Assembly: GCA_040954595.2 (NCBI GenBank)
Contig: CM082585.2
Coordinates: 4,921,708-4,985,707 of the forward strand
Source: Balanoglossus misakiensis
Lineage: Eukaryota > Animalia > Hemichordata
Length of the DNA stretch: 64,000 bases
Reading direction: 5' to 3'
Below the pieces are notes generated by a model. That model was not told the origin of the DNA. It made no database searches and was given only the letters and a program-made list of their open reading frames with translations. Shown piece after piece: positions 1-13,493 of the stretch (the first letter of the stretch is position 1; each line of letters starts with the position of its first letter). Both the position numbers and the translations under genes were made by a program.

Positions 1-677
1 ATTGTCATGTTTACTTTTATTCCTAAATGCTAAATATAAATATTTAATAGAAGGAGAGTTTGGCCGTGACGCTAGTGACAAAGCCATGTATCTGGGATAA
101 ATTATTAAAGCGGACACAGAGTTTAAACACAAATGTTGCAGTTTCCGCTGTCCAAGTCACGAAGCGAACGTCCACGTACACATATCCATCGCCGACTCAC
201 ACGGGTCGTATGCTCGACTATAATCTTCTATTATTGGAGAGCAAGACCTTGGACGGGCCAAGATGTTCAATATTGGGATCCCCATTTGGGGGGACATAAC
301 AGAAACATCTTGTCTATAGACGCCTGTCGGACACGCAGACCTACAAAAAGATATCGCTCACATATAGACACCTTACGGCCTTTGATCTGCGATCGCGATG
401 TCCAAAATATCTTCAATATATTCACGTCTCAGATTTAAAGACATTGCTATTTTAACGATAGCATTTTGAATTATGGATGACATGGTGATGTTTTATCCAG
501 ACAGGATTGGCAAGATATTTGTAGTATTGATGGTTCTCTCAATGATCTATGCTGTAGATCGGACCAGAAATAGCAGAAATAATTAATTGTGAAGTCATTA
601 ATTATTTACAAATACCGGCGAAGTGTCGGAAGAATTTAGGGACTCTGGTTCTGCTGGAGAGAAAGCGATCTGCCTTA

Positions 678-1659
678 GGGCCTGGAGGGAATTAACATGG
701 GGTGGGGGGGGGGGTGAAAAGTGATGGCTATCCCCTGAATGGTTGATCAAAGAATTGTTATCCCTCCCCCGTCTCCTTGATCAAAATAAAGTAACCCTCC
801 CCTGGTTAAAGGTATACAATCCCCAAATTACATACGCCCGTATATGACTGAATTGGTATATTTGAGTTTTCTAAAGAACATATGGTTGCGCTCTTTTTAT
901 CGGGTGTGCCACCCACTGAAAATCTGTGATTGGCTATATCTCATTTCGCCATGTTAACGGTAGCATAGGTGAACGTATATACCTTTTAACGAACTGCATT
1001 TCAATTAACGTATGGTATTCTCGCCACATTCCCTGTAGAAATGCCTGCATAAGTTGCTCCATGATTCTATTTATACTATAAGGTTATCTGCAGAGGCTTT
1101 ATAATATAAGTTATTCATCAGAGGCTGACATGTTGCTGTCAGCGGCCATCGTGGACAACAGAGGTTGACTAGCAATTTCCGTCGACGCTCTTCTCCGGCG
1201 GAAGTGTCACGCTAGCGCCCCCAGCATCTGGGTCACCGACGCTCTATAGTACTGAAAAGTCACATTTGCTGAATTAAAGGAAGTCCCTCACTGCGATGCA
1301 CTGAACGTCAATGGGAAATTGCTACACCGTTCATTTGCATATAGAACGCTTACCTTTGACTTTTCTATCTGTTGTTATCTTTACGCACGATGTAACCTGA
1401 TGTATGTTTTAACAGAGGTTGTATTCGACAATAAACGTATGAAATAGTCATCGTTGCCACATCTGTACTTTTTGGTTTGTTAGGACTTGTTATGTTAGAT
1501 AGAAAATAGTTTGCATCCTTGCATATTTACAAGTGACACTTCTCATTAATACACGACAAGAAATAGTCCTTCCTTAATTCTTGCGTGAAAAATGGCCACC
1601 CTCCCCCTAAATGCACTAGCTCCCCCCCCCCCTTCCCTCTGTTAAATCTATCCAGGCCA
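678..1659. mobile_element. Non-autonomous DNA transposon (PIF/Harbinger-like MITE)
   Basis: Imperfect TIRs GGGCCTGGAGGGAATTAACA and TGTTAAATCTATCCAGGCCA, each followed internally by a G or C run. Flanked by TTA at 675-677 and 1660-1662. No ORF. Confidence 0.55.
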
Positions 1660-1907
1660 TTAGTGGCATTCAATCAGCATTGCACAGTGGAAATTAAAAT
1701 TGATCATGACACACTTTTGAGTTAATTTCCGCATTTTTTTATTATAGACTAGCTTTTCAGCCGCGCGTCTACTGACTTAAGTGGGATAAATATATGTTTT
1801 TGCCAACATGAATAATTAGGCCAGATTGATGGGTAATTTTATTTCTCGACTTTTCTAGCAACGACTTAATTCAGCTGCCGCTCAATAAAAGGAAATCATC
1901 TCGACAG

Positions 1908-1949
1908 TACCACCGCCATCACCACCACCACCACCACCACCACCACCGC

Positions 1950-1991
<42 letters not shown>

Positions 1992-2062
1992 TATCACCAC
2001 CACCATCACTACCACCACCACTACTATCAGCACCACCACCACCATTATCGTCGCTGCCGCCG
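1908..2062. repeat. Compound (CAC)n/(CAT)n trinucleotide microsatellite
   Basis: Directly visible; it explains the poly-G/poly-D ORF 1882-2193. Confidence 0.95.
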
Positions 2063-5000
2063 CTTTTACTAGTGATGCTGATCTCCCGCAGTGTTGCGCG
2101 CTGATTTTGATATCGTAACACCTTCGCTGCCATTAACCGAACCAGGGTACATTGAATACCACGCACTTTACAGCTTGTCTCTGTTTTTGCCATTTATTCG
2201 TCCGAGAGTCGTATTTAATATGTAATGAAATTGTTGTTAGTGTCGGTATCTGTGGTATGTAAATAGATCAGTGTCATATTTATGTGTCCTGCGCGGAGAG
2301 TGGTTGTATTCTGTATCTGGGTGTCCCAAGGTCACCCATGGTATCCATTCATCACCATTACTTTAATAAAGTACTTTATTAACAATGTATCGTCAGGAGA
2401 CATCGCTCTATTGTTTGGCTCTTATTGATAAATTGAAATGAAGATTCGTTTCAATATGCGACGGCGAGATAAGTCAGGGAATCAGTGGCTTGTAACAGAC
2501 GCCCGAGCCGTGCATCGATGCACCTTTTTTTTGTCTCCGCCGTCTTTTTAAGCGTTCCAACCGAACTCGTCAAATGAGCCGAAACGACCGTGTCGACGAC
2601 AAGTCACGCGCGCAGCTGTTGGTGGGTCATGATTTGTCGTGACGGGAACTATGCAGAAATGCATGTGCATCATGTCCCGAGACGACTGCGATGCCGCGAC
2701 TGAAGCAGCAAGTGTTTTATGTGAGGAGAACGGGGGATACTCGGGGGAAAGAGGGAGCGGGGTGTTCTTATTTATCTGAAGCATCGTCGAAAACCGCGAC
2801 CTCTTTACGGCAACTGTTTCTGCGTGCAGTGCCAGAAGATGACTCTAGTCCGCGAGAATGATCTCTTACTACAGGCGTGTTTTTAGTAAACTTCAACTCC
2901 ATTATATAAATCAAAGTTTATTATAAAAATTAAACAAATATCGTTTGTGTGAGATAAAATCCCCTGATCTTCCCAATAATTAAGACGATATATATGTATG
3001 GCAACATTGCACTACAAACGTACAGTCTTATAATGTTGTAAAATGACGTGTACTCAAAGTTCACTCTAACACAGATGTAGAATGTGTTAGCTTCCGTTCA
3101 AAACAACCTCTTTGACATCTGCGTGTTGAATGATAAATCGACAACCGGTCAACAGGTTTTCAGTTCTGGTTTCTATTACCGTAACAAAACTAATGAAATC
3201 TCTAGGAACAGTTCGATTTAAGTTCAGCTATTTAAGGGGTCCTTCAATTAACTTATTTTAGTGAACTTTTTAGAGACACGTGAATCATGAAAGAACTAAA
3301 TAACCTGTACTCCACAATCTCACACCCTTTGTTGGACAATAAATGGAAATTGACCAGAACGTAGGCCATTGACCGGGGACGCTCATAGTTTCCACAATAA
3401 AAACTGTCTTTGCGTAATAAAGATAGTTCAATCAGTCCACGGAGTTAAAATAAAGCTTTGTTTTAATCTTTCAACTAAGGTATAAATCGACTTGTTCGTT
3501 GTGACTTGGGTAATCCATTCATAGACAAGCTCGCAATTTGGACTTGGAATGTGTCAATGCATCTTACCGTCATATCGCCACGTAAATAAGTGGGACACTA
3601 AAATTCAATATGTCACAAAGTAGAATCGAGTATCAACACGACGGGGTCTTTATAAAATGTAATTACATTACATTATCCACGCATAATGCGTGGGCTTTAA
3701 TTGCTGATGGACACTCTACTATAGAAACACAAACAATATAGACTTGGGTAACTCGTATTTGCATAACAATTCACACTCCGCTAATCAGGAAAACGTTGTA
3801 AATTTACTAATTGCCCTCTTACGAACAATTCCTTAATTAGCAGTAAATGTGACAGGTTAAAGTCACTGACCCCAACTTGCTTGCCAAATTGGCACGAGTC
3901 CACGTTTATTGTGATGTTTCTTTAACAAGGGATTTCTCATGTGTAGGCCCCCTATCGTGGTGCAAATCAATAAACGATGCCGAAATTTTACAAAAGCGTA
4001 TAACTCTATGAAAATTCGGCTCAACTGATTAAAAATCGAGGTCGTTGGTGGGAGATTTAGAAATTTGCGAAAAGTAGCAGGAGGCGATAATCCGTTGAAA
4101 ACAACGAAATGGTAAAATTTTACATGAACATTAGTACGTGTTATCAATAACCGCCATAGTAAGCCCTTCGTCTTTTTTGTCTAGACTAGAAAGACCTTGT
4201 CCTAGAACCTCCAGAATATACATGTCTGTGTTGAACACACCTGAAACCCACCTCACTAACCATATGTGATAAGCCGACCAAAGTATCGCCCTTACCCATA
4301 TACTACTGAATTATTATTTTTCAATACGGATTACATTTTTATATGAATTATACATGATTTTTCAATAACGTGACATTTCCCTCAGATTTTTTTAATACTG
4401 CATCCGACCCACAGTCTCAACGGATGATTCAATATTCAGATTTCTTTCGTATCTCTGTATGCGTTGTCTATTTTACGTACAGCGGGAATGTTTGCTTTGA
4501 CGTGAATTCAGATACTGTAAGTAATAAGCCCACGTTTTTAAAAATGGCGAATTTCTACAGAGAGGTGTGAAAAGCCGACGGTTATTTGCTACTGCAATGG
4601 ATTAAATGTGCGAAATTAAACAAGCCACTAAAATTAAGTGGAAGATTAACATGATTGCTATGTAACTCGAGCCCTTAACAATCTGTATCGTCAGATTATA
4701 ACAGTAAATCAGTATACGTATGGAGTTTGCTTTAGTTTCACAACGTACTGTAAATATCAATCTTGACTGTTATTAATGATTTTAATTTATTCGACAATAC
4801 GGCCTTATTGTATTATTACAGCAATGCCACAATTTAAATAATATTCTAAAATATCCCATTACGGCTTAATTGAACTATTTTTAAGTCGCATTAATTGCCG
4901 ACACGTCTGGCATTTTTATTTCGAATTTAGAATAGAGAAATTATCTTTGAGGACTCTGATGCAAGGACCAATAATTAACTAAAATCCGTTTAATAGTGGC

Positions 5001-5462
5001 AGCCACTAATTAGGTATTCTAGTTAAAAAGACGACAACTGTATCTCCGTCGAGGTCATGTGAAGCTATTCTTGTCGAAGCCCAACTGAAAAGCCTCAATG
5101 TTGGCTATTGGCAAGTGGAAGTCAATGAACGATGATCCCACTGTGAAGCGCCCTCACGAGGCAAGAGATGACATAAGTATTAAATTTACAAACAAATAAA
5201 TAAATCCAATTTAAGAAACGAGACCAGATCTCATACGAATTCCACAATACTTTAAAAGTCATATGATGATCGTACAAATAACAGTAAGCCTATTTGCCTA
5301 CGTTCTGCGTTCAAGAATATGACATCACTATTTGACAATGCAACTAACAATATCCCCTAGCTTCGAAATTCAAGTATTGTATTACTTAAAATCAACGAAT
5401 TCCTGTGCCCCTTTTCCTATATTATTAATGGCAAACAGAAATCACCAACAGGTATGCTAACT

Positions 5463-5582
5463 TCCCTCTCTCTCTCCCTCCATCCCTATTTCCCACCCTT
5501 CCTCCCTCCCTCCCCCTCTCTCTATCTCTCTCTATCGCTCTGTCTCTGTCTGTCTGTCTCCCCCTCCCCCCTCTCTCTCTAT
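5463..5582. repeat. (CT)n-rich pyrimidine microsatellite
   Basis: Directly visible CT/CCCT/CTGT runs. Confidence 0.9.
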
Positions 5583-8500
5583 GAGATATGAACACCTGTT
5601 TCCATTATCTGTGTGATATGATTTGAATTTTACGAGGCATTTCAACAAACAAACACCACATAATTAACTATAAAGTACGGTGACAATAGGCCGACGTCAC
5701 CGACCTACATGTTTATGAGATTAATTGAAAACCCAGATGTTACCCAAAATGGAGGCAAATAAAAGACTGCACAGGACTGATAATGCACATGCAACATGTG
5801 TGTGTTGATACGATGGCAAGGACAACGACATGTAGCCATAAACCAAACAAAGCTGGCATTGTGACAATATGTTTCTTTCAATGTCTGCACGACTCTAGCT
5901 GCATAGTCTATTAAAACAAAACCACTACGTTGTGTGTACCTATCTCACCCAGAAATGGATTCGATAAATCATCGGTAGCACACACTTTATTTGTATGTAT
6001 GTATGCATGCATGTATGAGTCAATACCTACGTACACACACACGCATTCACGTGTTAGGGTATATGGTGGATATATGAATAGAGGGAGATAAGTACGGAAT
6101 GGTCGATGGCTGAATGTGTGGTCGGATGCAATGTAATATAATGTACATATACATTGTAGTTTCGAAAGAAAATTCGAAAAGCTACCCAGCATACATGGAT
6201 GTCTGTCGTTATAGTCTAGTGCAACGATTACCAATGCGAAAAACGACATCCCGTGATGCCGCACAACTCGAAGACGCAACTGATGAGGCAAAAATAGAAC
6301 AGATATCTATAAATAGACTTGAAATCGTTATCTATGATAGCTGCATCGTTCAGATAATGAGTTTGACTTTTAAGGACTCCACTGCAATCAGTTATGAGTC
6401 ATCAAATTAGACACGGGCATAAGACTCGGTGAACACGTTACCTTCAGTTTGTCTAAGATGGTGAACTCTCACATTCAAGTTATGAAATATCCACATTTAA
6501 GTTTAATAAGCTCTGTCGTGGATCAGAAAAAGATGTCGGACAAAATAAACCGAAGTGCATGTAATTTATCAATCAAAATTCGCAAAATAAGAATGTCGTA
6601 ACGTGCGACCCGAGTCATATTGTAGATTGTCCTTGCCTACCTGTTCAAGCCTTTATAGTTCAAACAATGCACGTAGTCGTAGTAAAAAGTCACACAATAC
6701 TACAACTAGGCAGTTTTTACTCTGAACCTTTTACAGTTTTGTGATTTCGGTATTGGTGGATATTCTGATCTGTGAGAAACAAGATTTTTCCTCATCATTT
6801 TCAATTCTGCTTTTGAGTTTTACTTCTTTTAAATCGATCAGAAATGCCACATTTCTTTTTGCTATTAATATAATTAGTAAAAGCTACAAATTTAATTCAA
6901 ACTTATGCGGTCAGCCTTGCTTTGTTTTTGTTTTTATTATCGAGTGAAGAAAGCTGCCTAAAACTGCTGTTTTCTTCAACGATATTCTATTATATTTGGA
7001 ATTTTTTGTGACAGATTTATTGTAGAATTTCGCCAGTTATTAAACAAATAAGAATTTGGCTCGTTTTCTATTAGTAATTGCCAGAGATATATGTCTGTAT
7101 TTAGGTAAAATCAATTCTAGAAACAAGTCTATTTTCTTCCTGGTGTTACTATAGGAGAAAACGCCACATGCACAAATTAAACCAACTGTATAGATATTTA
7201 GGACGCATTCAATAAATTGAAAATAATCAGACCTTGTCAACTATTTGATTCCTGTAATAGTCGTCTTCCTGGTTACGCATAGACAAACTCGTCGCGTCTT
7301 TTCTTTACTGGGTTGCCTGGTGACCATGGCGACAGGTGCGTTCCTGTGGTTATACCGAATCAATGAGCAATTTCACTCACTTCCGTCTTGATCAATCAAC
7401 GAGTCGTGTGTACAGTGCGTGTCACGTGTCATGTGGCGGCCGTTCCCCTACCCTGGATGAAGTGGATTGATATAAATGCTACCCACGTGATGTTCCAATC
7501 ATGGTGAACCAGGTAAACCTTCAATTTGTCAAGGATTGTCATAGAGTTCGGCAAGTTATGTTTTGGTGGGTCTGCTCATCCTTTTTGGTCACAACTTTTG
7601 TCATTTAGCAATCTTCGTCAATCAACAACGACATAAAGTACAAACATGTCATTTCGTCTCCCGTAGGGAATGCATAATATTGCCCCCGTTCGTTTAATTA
7701 AAGCCTCTATAGAGCTGCCACTTTTGCATTATTTCCATGATTTTATTATCCAACTTAAATTGGTCCATCTAAATAATTTTACTGATAGGTATACATGTAC
7801 ACTATATCAATGCCCGATTGTGACTGCATGTTGCATGTATTAAACAGGTGCATCACCGATTTAATCAGCCTCCATACAAACAGTACGCAGCTATCATGGT
7901 ATGCGTCGCCAGGAGATCACAAATTGAATGCAAATGCAAGTAATATGGGTTAATGGTGAATATCTAATAGGATAGGGAATATAGTTGAATTTTTTTGTGT
8001 GGAGAAAAATATATGAAAATTGGCAGCTATAGTGGCTTTAAAGTTAATATCCAGGGAAGCCGTTTGAGGCCAATCTGCTAATTATCGGAAGTTGTTGAAC
8101 TGCAGTTCATTTCGGGTTAGTAGAATTGTGGTTCAATTATTCATACTCCACATTGACTACAACATATGCGCGAAGCCCTCGATTGAATGCGACGCAATAT
8201 ACACTCATCCATGTTGTATAGAATGATCCATTTGCCTTAATTTGTGTTTAAATGGCTCGTGTAGTGTTGGTATACCCCCTCTTATCTGAATAACAGATCT
8301 ACCGTACGCACCAGCCAAACGCATTAGCATGCTGTTTGGAGTAGAGCAAGACATTGCATTTGATACTGGACGAAAATACTGGAAATAAAGTCAAAAGTTA
8401 CAGCTAATGCCCCCTCAGACAAAAGTGAAGGAAATTACAGAAACAAAATCAATACAAATATAGATAACACTGGCTCTGCTCGTAAGCTGCCATCCACTCG

Positions 8501-9350
8501 CCCTGCAGAGTGGAAGCCAATTACTGACACGGATGTATTTAACGGAAGGCAATCAAGCACAGTGGATATCGACGGAAGCGTGACACTGATTGGACAAGAA
8601 TTTGGAAACAGCCGCGGGATATATTTGCTGTCGATTCATGAGTCAAACGATTAATTGCGGACGACATAGCAACAGCAACCAAAATTTTCTTGTCACTTTA
8701 CATTAATAAATTTTTCAAGTATCGTGATGTACCGGCAGAGCTCTATATACTTGGTATCTGTAGAACTTCAAAAATTATACATGCATTTTTTTACACTTTT
8801 AAAGAGCGTCCGATTTGCCCATTACCGAATATTCACCGGGGCTCTTGAATACGATGTTCTCACCGATGAAACTCAACGATTATATTAGCAAGACATTGCC
8901 CAGGTACCTTCATTTGCTGATTCGCAACTAGTCTGCATGGAGGATTTCAAGCGGTACAATTCCACTCTAAATTGCCCACGTATTCAAGAACGCAGTCTTG
9001 TATATTGATGAAATACTTGTCATTTTAGAGAATATAAGATCGAATCACAATCTTACTTTCAATTTCATGTTTGACTGTAATTTGTCAAAGCGATATATTT
9101 CGGAATTATTGTCTTAACCTCTCGCTTAGTCGCAGGTCAAGACAATTTCGATTTCTGGCAAATTATCAATAAATCTGATGTCATTTGTGACGGACTGTAC
9201 GCACTGCAGACAGTTTAGTTTAAAGAGAGGATAATGAACCAAATGAGGTCTGCGAGGATGGATTACATACAGAACACTAAGTATTTAAGGTTCAGATTAC
9301 GCGCAGAACGTAAACCTGTAAACTGCGCAAATTTCTGCGCATTTGTTTCT

Positions 9351-10258
9351 TCCCATAGGATTACATTGAGAATTGCTAGAAAACTCACTTCTACTATTTT
9401 ACACATAGCTCATTCAAGTCAAAATAAAGTCATTGGTCAAATAAAATTGTATGGTCACCGCGCTCTATTTTGAGATAAACGTCGTTAAATGCTTAGTCCA
9501 GAGACAAACCATTGGTGAAAAATGCTGACTCTGGCAGTGTTCTTCAATTATTGACTAAATTCATGGCCTTGTATTTCGAACGGGACGCGATGACCCAATA
9601 TTTTATTAGAGATTTTCATTATACATGCACAGGAGAATCCAAAAATTCGCAATTAAAAGAAATGACAATACTTTCAATTTTGCTGAACGTACATCCTTAA
9701 TAGAGATTGTTGTGAATATATATTTCTTGTTATTAGTGGATAATTATGCGGTAGTATTAATGGACAACGTCCTTATACAATCCTCAAATGAATATCTAAT
9801 GAAGATGCAAAATAAGCGTTAGTTTTAATAAATGCCTTATAGCCATGACATTATTCTACAGAACTGCATATGTTGTTAAAGGGACGAAGTCTCTCTCTCT
9901 CGCTGCCCTTTTTCCACTAATTCCAACTAATTATTCTAACCAACAGTCTGGGAGTCAGTGATCTCATTCTAACGGGAAATTAAACAGTAAATAAATAAGG
10001 TCAGCTCATATATATTCAATTGAACTAAACAAATGTACAAACACAAATCTGATTCGTCCTCAGTGCATTTTCCCGTTGAATGGTAATGTTATTTATCTAT
10101 AAGAAAACAGAAATACATTGTAGGTGGCGCTGTGCACTTGTGAATATTGTATGTCTGAAGCTGTATTGTAAAGATTACAAGACAACTGTCCTTTGTATGA
10201 CCTTGGTATGTCAGTTTATCGCACTTTAAAGGAATGATCAAAGTTCTCGGTCTGCACA
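9351..10258 (+). repeat. 908-bp direct duplication, copy 1 (uninterrupted)
   Basis: Runs TCCCATAGGATTAC...GGTCTGCACA. Matches 11749-12069 (offset 2398) plus 23704-24294 (offset 14036). Only one substitution noticed (G10232 vs T24268). Contains the empty ATAC site (9668-9671) of the Gypsy insertion. Confidence 0.95.
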
Positions 10259-11748
10259 TCTTTCATTACTCAAAGAAGCACAATGTTGGGGGAGTTGCCA
10301 TGTTCCTTGATTATGAAAAAGCCTTCGATAGCGTTAACTGGGACTACCTTGATGAAACTTTACGACGTATGAATTTTGGTCATTCCTTTCGTCAATGGGT
10401 AAAAACTTTCTACACGAACATTCAGAGCTGTATTTTATACAAGGGTTGGTCTTCAAGTTACTTCAGGTTAGAAAGGGGTGTCCGTCAGGGATGTCCCCTC
10501 TCTGCACTTTTATTTGTAATAGCAATTGAGTTTTTAGCTTGTAAGATCAGACACGATAAAACTATCAAAGGGTTTCGTCTGCCTGCTGGTAATGGTCATG
10601 CCAAAGAAGCAAAGATATCTTTACTTGCAGATGATACAACAGTATTCGTTGCAGATTTGTCTTCTGTTGTGTCTGTTCTCAAAGTAATGGAGAAGTTTCA
10701 AGGATGCAGTGGGCTAAGGTTAAATAAAAAGAAAACGCAGGCTTTTAAACTTGGTAATTTAAGAAAATGTAACGATAAAGTGGGTAATATAAGTTGGACT
10801 GACAATCCTGTAAAAACTCTTGGAGTATATTTTGGGTATGATGATGCTCTGTGTAAGCAGTTAAACTGGGATGATAAGTTAAAATCATTAGGTAAAGTTT
10901 TGGAAATGTGGGGAAGACGGCAACTCACGATTTATGGCCGTGTTCTCATTACCAAGTCTCTTGCCGTTTCAAAAATTATGTATTTATCATCAGTAATTGG
11001 TATTCCCAATGATATTCTCTGTAAAGTACAACGTCTCGTTGACAGTTTTGTAAAACGTAAAAGGAGAATTTCGAACAAAATTCTTGAAAGTGACTACAAG
11101 CTAGGAGGAGTTAACCATATTAATGTGAAATGCCAAGTGGAAGCAATGATGGCTCTTTGGGTTAAAAGAATAATAATGTGTAAAGAAGAGACATGGGCTG
11201 TCTTGCCCTGGTCATATTTGCTTTTAGATAATACCACAAATGTATTGCATCAACACTCAATTTGGCAAAGGGTTCCTGATTTTCTTTTATCTGTACTCCC
11301 TGAATTTTATGTAAATGTACTGAATGCCTGGTATGCGGTGAAACACAATGCTTCTCGTGCAGGGAACCGTACCCTTGCCTGGTCTTCCATATTCAGGTGT
11401 TTTTATGCAGCTCACTGTGCAAGTGATGACTATGATGTCACACTTGGCGTTTCTAAATCTCCGGTCCACAAATTAACTTGTAAGGTGTTGTATACTCATC
11501 TCATTCAGAGGCACTCAGTACAGGCCAGCGATAAACTCTCAAAATGGTTTTCTAAGTTAAATACCACCCCTGTAAAGCCAGAGAGCGACTGTTACAAAAT
11601 CTGGCTGAGTGTGTACAAGTTGACTAAAGAGACCAAGTTAAGAGAGTTTCAGTGGAAACTTCTACAACGCTTATTACCATGTAACAAGTATTTATACTTG
11701 TGGAAGTTAAATGAGTCAATGTTCTGTCCTCTTTGTCACCAGATTGAC
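10259..11748 (+). mobile_element. Internal fragment of Tx1/L1-clade LINE ORF2 (partial RT and C-terminal region), truncated at both ends
   Basis: Motifs LDYEKAFDSV, RGVRQGCPLSALLF, LLADDTT, KTLGVYFG, GRVLITKSL, FQWKLLQRLLPCN. Ends inside the C-terminal zinc knuckle (CPLCHQID). No endonuclease, no RT N-terminus, no tail. ORF 10234-11871 borrows its start and stop from flanking DNA. Confidence 0.9.
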
Positions 11749-12069
11749 TCCCATAGGATTACATTGAGAATTGCTAGAAAACTCACTTCTACTATTTTAC
11801 ACATAGCTCATTCAAGTCAAAATAAAGTCATTGGTCAAATAAAATTGTATGGTCACCGCGCTCTATTTTGAGATAAACGTCGTTAAATGCTTAGTCCAGA
11901 GACAAACCATTGGTGAAAAATGCTGACTCTGGCAGTGTTCTTCAATTATTGACTAAATTCATGGCCTTGTATTTCGAACGGGACGCGATGACCCAATATT
12001 TTATTAGAGATTTTCATTATACATGCACAGGAGAATCCAAAAATTCGCAATTAAAAGAAATGACAATAC
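11749..12069 (+). repeat. 908-bp direct duplication, copy 2, left part (interrupted by the Gypsy element)
   Basis: Matches 9351-9671. Confidence 0.95.
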
Positions 12070-12662
12070 TGTGATGGAAATTCTCCATGTTGTCATTCTC
12101 ATTTGCCTGACGTTATTACCAGTGCCATAGATTGTTCTGCCTTCGTATACAGATAACTGGCGGCGTTCTTTATAACGCGAGTTTATGCATGCTTGTTCAG
12201 AAAAGAGTACTTCACTTCGATTGTTCTAGTGTTGTGTTCGTTTGACCAAATACAGTTTGTTGCCTTTCCCTATAAAATGACAGGGACACGCCTTCCCGTC
12301 GACTTTCGGCCAATGGCAGTGGGAGGCTCATGTCACCTGACCTGTCAAGGGATGCGTCGTTTTTTTACTCGTGCTTAGGAGAAGTTGTGAGATTGGAGCT
12401 GTAACCTGCTGAGGTCGGACGTTTTTGTCGACCGTCTTAGTAATACATTGAGTTTCTTTTATTGCTGCTATTTGTGTTGTGCGTTATTACTTCGCCCTTT
12501 CTGGGAGACCCATTGTATCAAGGTTGAGCTGGGCCCGCGATTGGCGTACGCTACCGAGACAACTATTTTGGTGTGTGGACCTCACCAGTCTATCCGCGTG
12601 GATTCGAACCGTGACGGGCGTTTGTTGCGGACCCGCGTAGCTAGAAATATAATTCCGCGACA
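12070..12662 (+). repeat. 5' LTR of outer Gypsy element
   Basis: TGTGATGGAA...TCCGCGACA. Appears identical to 23111-23703 (same ORF translations, constant offset 11041). TATAAAA at 12271. Confidence 0.97.
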
Positions 12663-12663
12663 T

Positions 12664-12686
12664 TGGTTGGCAGCGGTCGGATTCGA
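12664..12686 (+). promoter_or_regulatory. Primer binding site, tRNA-Leu-like
   Basis: TGGTTGGCAGCGGTCGGATTCGA directly after the LTR. Close to the complement of the eukaryotic tRNA-Leu 3' end (TGGTGGCAGCGGTGGGATTCGA). Confidence 0.75.
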
Positions 12687-12885
12687 CTTGGTGGTGGTTT
12701 ACAGTCATTTTGACGGATCAAAATAAGGTTGGTACTGGCCCGTGTATTTTGTGTGTGAGAACCGAGTCAGGAATAAAGACGTTGTTGCGACTGTCGCTAT
12801 CGCTGTTGAAATTTAGCGAGGGAATATTCGGATCGAACGGCCGGGGTTATTTTTGTCTTCTTGGTGTCGGTTCCTGGTTGGTTCG

Positions 12886-13116
12886 ATGGCTAGTAAGGAG
12901 GGTTTAGATAGTGAGGTCGTATTCAACATCGACTCGGGTATCGCAACTGGTACACGCGAGCAGGCCAGCAGTACACCACTGTCGAGTGGTGATAGGAGAG
13001 ATTTGAATGCTTGGAAAGATGCGTTATGTGAGGAACAAGGGAGACTTGAGAAGGAAAATGTTGAATTGCAAAAGGCATGGGAATCTTTTCATTTAGCAGA
13101 ATCGAGTACAAAGAAG
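12886..13116 (+). CDS. gag: Gypsy gag, N-terminal 77 codons (split by the nested element)
   Basis: ATG at 12886 (MASKEGLDSEVV...ESSTKK). Removing 13117-17329 joins it in frame to DSDVSRK at 17330, giving a 483-aa Gag. Confidence 0.85.
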
Positions 13117-13288
13117 TGTTGTGATCGCCGATGTCTCACCTGAGTGCGTCTAATCTACGGTTTTCTAAAGGTCTTTTGGGAGGTCAGTCAAAGGCATGCT
13201 GCTCAATCCCAAGCATAGCAGAAAGAGAACGAACTACTTCCGCCCAGGGGTGGGTAGGGTCAGTGACGTCATGGGCAGATTCACAACA
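13117..13288 (-). repeat. 3' LTR of nested element
   Basis: Matches 17154-17325. Confidence 0.96.
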
Positions 13289-13300
13289 CTCTTCCCCACC
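13289..13300 (-). promoter_or_regulatory. Polypurine tract of nested element
   Basis: Minus strand GGTGGGGAAGAG abutting the 3' LTR. Confidence 0.85.
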
Positions 13301-13493
13301 ACATTTTGAAGGGCTTCGTCTTCTTCCCCCAAAACACCGGGGGATAACACAACATCGAACACAACAATAACAAAAATACAAAAATAGAATGTCCAGCTGG
13401 GCTTTACTGGGTATGCCCCACTGGTCGGCCTGTTTGTTTCTTTTCTGGTGCCTCTTCCAACAGCTGTTGGAGGGCTTCCTCCTGTTGGTTTCT

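Noticed and set aside
1882-2193. 103-aa ORF with poly-Gly/poly-Asp
   Set aside because: Translation of a CAC/CAT microsatellite; no other coding evidence.
5090-5135. SLNVGYWQVEVNER, resembling a Gypsy RT motif
   Set aside because: Too short, followed by a stop, and no adjacent RT motifs.
9351-12069. 908-bp direct repeats as LTRs of an RT-carrying element
   Set aside because: No TG...CA termini, PBS, PPT or outer TSD. The enclosed RT is non-LTR type and the repeat ends fall in the middle of host repeats.
12664-12686. tRNA gene
   Set aside because: Only the complement of a tRNA 3' end next to an LTR, i.e. a PBS; no cloverleaf.
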